Virus record (IMG/VR): IMGVR_UViG_3300030382_003857
Origin: an uncultured virus (IMG/VR IMGVR_UViG_3300030382_003857)
Lineage: Duplodnaviria; Heunggongvirae; Uroviricota; Caudoviricetes
DNA length: 20,000 nt
Strand: one strand, 5' to 3'
A model generated the notes under the pieces. That model was not told where the DNA came from. It saw only the letters and a program-made list of their open reading frames with translations, and did no database searches. The translations under genes and the position numbers were made by a program. The number at the start of each line of letters is the position of its first letter. The stretch's first letter is position 1. This document shows positions 16,638-20,000 of the stretch, piece after piece.

Positions 16638-17335
16638 TATGATCCTTGTGGGTAATAAGAAGCTGGAGTAATGTACGCTGATGTACGTTGCCCATCTTCA
16701 GTTAATGCTCTAGACATTTCATCTTCATAGAGCTGTTTTAACATTTGTATTCTTTGTGGAGCATATTTGATTGCTAAGTAATATGCTAGTCCAGCACACA
16801 TTGCTGGAATGAAACGATAAACCACGTCTGCGGTATTAGTATAAGCTCCAGAATCTTCTATTTTTTTAACATAGTAATATTTTAAATGAGTATAGGTACT
16901 CGCGTCTGGAGTTAAATATAAAGTAATTTTAGGTGTTGTTAATCTTTCTACATAATATTTAGAAGGAGATCCTGTTGCTCCTTTATTTGGCAAAGCAGCA
17001 TATTCAGATCTAGAAATTTTTGTAATAGATACATCTTGGGTGCTTGATGCGGGATCTACAATAGAGGCATTATTAGAAACGTATGCTTCTAAAATATCTG
17101 CTGTTGAAGAAGGGCTTGTATAACTTGAAGTTCCACTTGTTAAAGCTTGAGCATATAAAGCAACCTTCCATAAATGAACACCTCGATTACCCCATTCAGA
17201 AAATAAAATATTTAGACTTCGTCTAGCAGTTCTTAAATCATAACCACTATTGGTTTGAATCCCACATCTTTCGTAGGCTTCTTCTACAATTTCGTCTATT
17301 GCTAAATCGAATGTTGTTGTTCCAGATGTTGCCAT
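16637..17335 (-). CDS. Putative head-tail adaptor (P22 gp4 / tail tubular protein A-like)
   Basis: DEIVEEAYERCG...ARRSLNILFSEWGNRG, GSPSKYY, AGLAYYLA. Same helical-beta-helical layout as adaptors. Confidence 0.6.
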   Translation of the reverse strand: MATSGTTTFDLAIDEIVEEAYERCGIQTNSGYDLRTARRSLNILFSEWGNRGVHLWKVALYAQALTSGTSSYTSPSSTADILEAYVSNNASIVDPASSTQDVSITKISRSEYAALPNKGATGSPSKYYVERLTTPKITLYLTPDASTYTHLKYYYVKKIEDSGAYTNTADVVYRFIPAMCAGLAYYLAIKYAPQRIQMLKQLYEDEMSRALTEDGQRTSAYITPASYYPQGS

Positions 17336-17341
17336 AATTCA

Positions 17342-17557
17342 TTATAATAAATCTTTATCAACATTTTTGCCGATAACGATTTGACCTTCCTTTGCTTTAA
17401 TCATTTTTCCTTTGCTCCATAATCCAAGACCTTTTCCAACTAGATCAATTCCAGCTCCGTACCAACCTAAATCACTACCTCGACGAAACCAACCTTTACC
17501 CTTAGCAAATGGATTCATATTATACCAAGAATATCCCTTTTTGGCTTTACTAGCCAT
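17342..17557 (-). CDS. Small basic hypothetical protein (71 aa) ending GKNVDKDLL
   Basis: TAATG-coupled. Shares its C-terminus with the upstream ORF. Confidence 0.75.
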   Translation of the reverse strand: MASKAKKGYSWYNMNPFAKGKGWFRRGSDLGWYGAGIDLVGKGLGLWSKGKMIKAKEGQIVIGKNVDKDLL

Positions 17558-17601
17558 TACAATAAATCCTTATCAACATTTTTGCCAACAACAATTTCAC
17601 C
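17342..17601. repeat. Direct repeat of about 45 bp at the 3' ends of two adjacent genes (17342-17386 and 17557-17601)
   Basis: ttataataaatctttatcaacatttttgcc versus ttacaataaatccttatcaacatttttgcc, 28 of 30 identical, with similarity extending about 15 bp further. Confidence 0.9.
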
Positions 17602-17988
17602 ACCGGATTTGTATTCTGCTTCCATATCCCTTGGGTTTAATTTTTCAACTGCTTGTGCAATAATGTAATCCCCCATATTAGCTTTCTTAATTCCACCTTT
17701 GTTAGCTTTCTTAACAGATAGCTGAGGTTTCCATCCTGGAGTAAAACCTTGTCCACCTTTCCCTATAGTTATGCGAGCTTTGTTTTTTGCAAGTTCTTTA
17801 GCCAAACTATCTTTCTTACGTAATGTAGCTAATTTTCCTGAATTGAAATGATGGGTATGAACTTTTTTTGTAATCCATTTTTTTGGTTTCTCTTTTTTTG
17901 TAATCCATTTTTTTGGTTTCTCTTTTTTCTCAATCCACTGAATATTCTCAGAGGTGTTTTTATCTTTTACTGTAATATAATCACTCAT
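17557..17988 (-). CDS. Lys-rich hypothetical protein (143 aa) ending GKNVDKDLL
   Basis: ATGA/TAATG coupling, with internal KKEKPKKWIT and KKAN repeats. Confidence 0.8.
   Translation of the reverse strand: MSDYITVKDKNTSENIQWIEKKEKPKKWITKKEKPKKWITKKVHTHHFNSGKLATLRKKDSLAKELAKNKARITIGKGGQGFTPGWKPQLSVKKANKGGIKKANMGDYIIAQAVEKLNPRDMEAEYKSGGEIVVGKNVDKDLL
17862..17928. repeat. Perfect 30-bp tandem repeat (about 2.2 copies) encoding KKEKPKKWIT
   Basis: ctttttttgtaatccatttttttggtttct repeated at 17862 and 17892, with a degenerate third copy to about 17937. Confidence 0.95.
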
Positions 17989-18401
17989 TTTAACATTCCT
18001 TTATAATATTTTCTGTAAGTTGCGTTGGAACCACCAGGGCCACCTGAAATAAATTTCCCAAGATAGGCTTGTTGTACTTTACCACCTTGGTTAAATTTTT
18101 TAGAAAAATTAAATCCAACATATTTATTTTTCCCAACTTTTGTTGCTTCTACTCCAACATGGCCTTTGTCACTTTCTCTTATAAGATTTATTCCTATTTC
18201 ACTATTGATATTTCGTTTATCGATTTTACTAAAGCCTTTGGCAAGACTTGCTCCTACCGTTGTTTTTCCTTTAGTTAAATTTAAGTCGGCTCGTGGTTTG
18301 GTATACCATTCAGTGTCTTCTATACCTATACCTCCACCAATAGTGGTATCACTCAAAAGTTTCTTCATCACTGAAGATTTTATTTTCTCTTTATCTGCCA
18401 T
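17985..18401 (-). CDS. Hypothetical protein (138 aa), Gly/Lys-rich with amphipathic beta strands
   Basis: ORF with AAGGGG SD-like sequence upstream, ATGA-coupled to the next gene. Confidence 0.75.
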   Translation of the reverse strand: MADKEKIKSSVMKKLLSDTTIGGGIGIEDTEWYTKPRADLNLTKGKTTVGASLAKGFSKIDKRNINSEIGINLIRESDKGHVGVEATKVGKNKYVGFNFSKKFNQGGKVQQAYLGKFISGGPGGSNATYRKYYKGMLK

Positions 18402-18417
18402 TTAGGGCGCCCCTTGT

Positions 18418-18597
18418 CTATGTTAGTTGATTAGACCTTTTTCGGTTGTACAACTTCTTAGATTTTATCACTTTTGGGGAGTATAGTCTAGATTCCAAGA
18501 GTTTGGCATAAGGGTCACGTTTCCACTTTTTATCAGTTCGTGCACCTTTTAATTTACCATCAATTTCAGCTGGTAATTGAGAACGAGTAATAGCCAT
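18418..18597 (-). CDS. Small basic hypothetical protein (59 aa)
   Basis: Not in the track. MAITRSQLPAEIDGKLKGARTDKKWKRDPYAKLLESRLYSPKVIKSKKLYNRKRSNQLT, TAATG-coupled to the peptidase and filling the gap. Confidence 0.7.
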   Translation of the reverse strand: MAITRSQLPAEIDGKLKGARTDKKWKRDPYAKLLESRLYSPKVIKSKKLYNRKRSNQLT

Positions 18598-19094
18598 TAT
18601 TCAATAACCTCATTTCCCATCTTATCATATTTATATTTCATTTCGGGAAGGCCATTCTCGTACGATTTGCCGTCGAAAGTCAGAGCTATTTTTCTATTTG
18701 CTCCTTTTTCATTATAACTTACGTGGATCCATCCCGCGTTTTTTAAATGTGGTTGGTAGAATTCTAAAATGAGCTGATCGTAGTCGCAGTTATCTTTGAC
18801 CCAATGAGCAACTTTTAAATTATGAATACCAGCAATTTCAAAATCAACCGCCTGGCCTTTGCAATGTTGACTCGAGTCACTGCTGCCCAATTTACGATTT
18901 ACCTCCAAGGAACGGAATCCCGAGTTGATTAAAACTGGCTTACCAAACTTGGCTCGTACGGGTTCTAAAATTTCATAACAAACATTTTCTAAATTCTTAA
19001 CCTCTCCCGGCCCTGGAATATTAGCTAATCCGTTTCGAGCTGCAACTTGACTTTTAGTCATTTCTTCTAATGTGAAGTGTTTACTTAGTCTCAT
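18597..19094 (-). CDS. Zn-dependent peptidase M15A (D-Ala-D-Ala carboxypeptidase-like), probable endolysin
   Basis: LSKHFTLEEM, INSGFRS, SQHCKGQAVD (H-x6-D) and WIHVS, the M15 Zn-ligand set. Confidence 0.9.
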   Translation of the reverse strand: MRLSKHFTLEEMTKSQVAARNGLANIPGPGEVKNLENVCYEILEPVRAKFGKPVLINSGFRSLEVNRKLGSSDSSQHCKGQAVDFEIAGIHNLKVAHWVKDNCDYDQLILEFYQPHLKNAGWIHVSYNEKGANRKIALTFDGKSYENGLPEMKYKYDKMGNEVIE

Positions 19095-19758
19095 CTTTGT
19101 CCTCCCTTATAATTCCCCATGAATTTTCTTTCACTTCATAAAACATTTGGTCACTATCTTCCGTGACCCATGCGTTATTTTCAACATTCCACTCTGATGT
19201 CTGGACTTTGTAGTCTGGCCATCCTTCTTTAACTGTGAAATTACCGACGCTCCACAATATACGGTTGTTAGGTTGGATGGCAAAGTTACCATTGTCCAAT
19301 GCGATGACGTGACCACACTTGTGCTCACTGACAATTTCAGAATGATCGCAATCAAGAATGTTGGCATCAGGATGCCCCCAATCGATTGTGAATAAATATT
19401 CGCCTATATAAAATTTTTTGTTTTTGCCTAAGTATTTGCATTTTTGTCCTCCTAAGAAATCATAAGTAATAACACTAGGATAGTAACTAAAAGAATTCCA
19501 TAACTCCAGCTCATCAAGTCGCATCCTAGGAACTTGTGATATATCATATGATTTTTGAATGAACGCTGAGATAGGTAATCGATAAAAGATTGCACCATTT
19601 TCCAACATGCAATGAAAAAGGACTGCACGCCCTGTAATGGATGCCAATCCAAAAATGACACAATCTTCAGTTTCGCCATGATGTTTTTGAAGATCATATA
19701 AATATTCTCTACGAACTTTTGCATATGTAACTGGAATGTTTGCATTTAAGTAACTCAT
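19081..19758 (-). CDS. Hypothetical phage protein (225 aa)
   Basis: Long ORF with globular composition (YLFTIDW, SEHKCGHV, QPNNRI). Overlaps the peptidase start by 14 nt. Confidence 0.8.
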   Translation of the reverse strand: MSYLNANIPVTYAKVRREYLYDLQKHHGETEDCVIFGLASITGRAVLFHCMLENGAIFYRLPISAFIQKSYDISQVPRMRLDELELWNSFSYYPSVITYDFLGGQKCKYLGKNKKFYIGEYLFTIDWGHPDANILDCDHSEIVSEHKCGHVIALDNGNFAIQPNNRILWSVGNFTVKEGWPDYKVQTSEWNVENNAWVTEDSDQMFYEVKENSWGIIREDKDETK

Positions 19759-19784
19759 TTATCATAAAACTCACAATTAATCTA

Positions 19785-19997
19785 TTAGTTATTAAGTACG
19801 ATTTTTTTGATGGATTTTGACCCATCTTTGTTAATTTCTACTTCAGCCTGAGTTTTTATACATTTATAAGTGACGGTCTCACTGTATTGGCGCTCAGCTT
19901 CGCGCTTTCCGCGAAGGCACATACCCATTGACTCTTGGATTCTATGCTCCTTAATTTCAAAATTTACAAACATTAATAATGCAACTACAGTTTCCAT
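19785..19997 (-). CDS. Small hypothetical protein (70 aa) with hydrophobic N-terminus and two Cys
   Basis: METVVALLMFVNF...CLRGKR...YKC, co-oriented, with a TAA immediately upstream of the ATG. Confidence 0.65.
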   Translation of the reverse strand: METVVALLMFVNFEIKEHRIQESMGMCLRGKREAERQYSETVTYKCIKTQAEVEINKDGSKSIKKIVLNN

Positions 19998-20000
19998 TTA

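Larger units (their letters stand above)
1..20000 (-). mobile_element. Tailed bacteriophage genome segment (late/structural region plus auxiliary enzymes), probably a marine pelagiphage-like podovirus
   Basis: All credible ORFs are co-oriented and translationally coupled. The content is M15 peptidase, adaptor-like, tail and Gly-rich proteins plus the 2OG oxygenase/halogenase/glycosyltransferase complement typical of marine phages. No housekeeping genes or integrase. Host and taxon are inferred only. Confidence 0.9.

Noticed and set aside
4691..18405. Plus-strand ORFs in the track (4691, 5227, 5601, 6658, 7796, 9423, 11460, 11692, 14082, 17412, 18069, 18166)
   Set aside because: Short antisense shadows of well-supported minus-strand genes, with no recognisable motifs. 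The Pro-rich 11460 ORF just mirrors poly-Gly codons.
18404..18415. GC-rich mini-palindrome AGGGGCGCCCT as a terminator
   Set aside because: Only a 4-bp stem with no U-tract. It more likely just contains the SD of the 138-aa gene.
9901..19745. Nested minus-strand alternative-frame ORFs (9901, 11153, 11527, 14613, 19131, 19452)
   Set aside because: Fully inside longer genes, with no SD, coupling or motif support.
1..20000. Stop-codon reassignment or programmed frameshift
   Set aside because: The standard code gives near-complete coding density. TAA, TAG and TGA all end genes at coupled junctions, and no split gene was seen.

Overview
This is an AT-rich tailed-phage genome segment with no host genes. 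About 30 tightly coupled ORFs all lie on the minus strand, many joined by TAATG or ATGA overlaps. The gene set resembles marine, pelagiphage-type short-tailed phages; that placement is from recalled motifs, not a search. Reading in transcription order (20 kb to 1): two hypotheticals, a Zn peptidase M15A endolysin-like gene, four small basic ORFs (three sharing short xxGG-type motifs), two head-tail adaptor-like genes, tail and fibre genes including a 583-aa protein with about 10 GWGxxxWGxxxWG repeats, a 4.7-kb enzyme cassette (three 2OG-Fe(II) oxygenases and two tandem flavin-dependent tryptophan-halogenase-family enzymes), a 638-aa P22 gp10-like tail protein, several small ORFs, a second enzyme block (2OG-Fe(II) oxygenase, GT4 and GT-A glycosyltransferases) and a truncated internal-virion-type protein. 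Four plausible ORFs missing from the supplied track were found (1-942, 3619-3762, 4093-4257, 18418-18597). The main hypothesis is a virion-protein tailoring system (halogenation, hydroxylation, glycosylation) embedded in the structural operon beside a Trp-repeat protein that could be its substrate. No rRNA, tRNA, CRISPR or IS element was seen.
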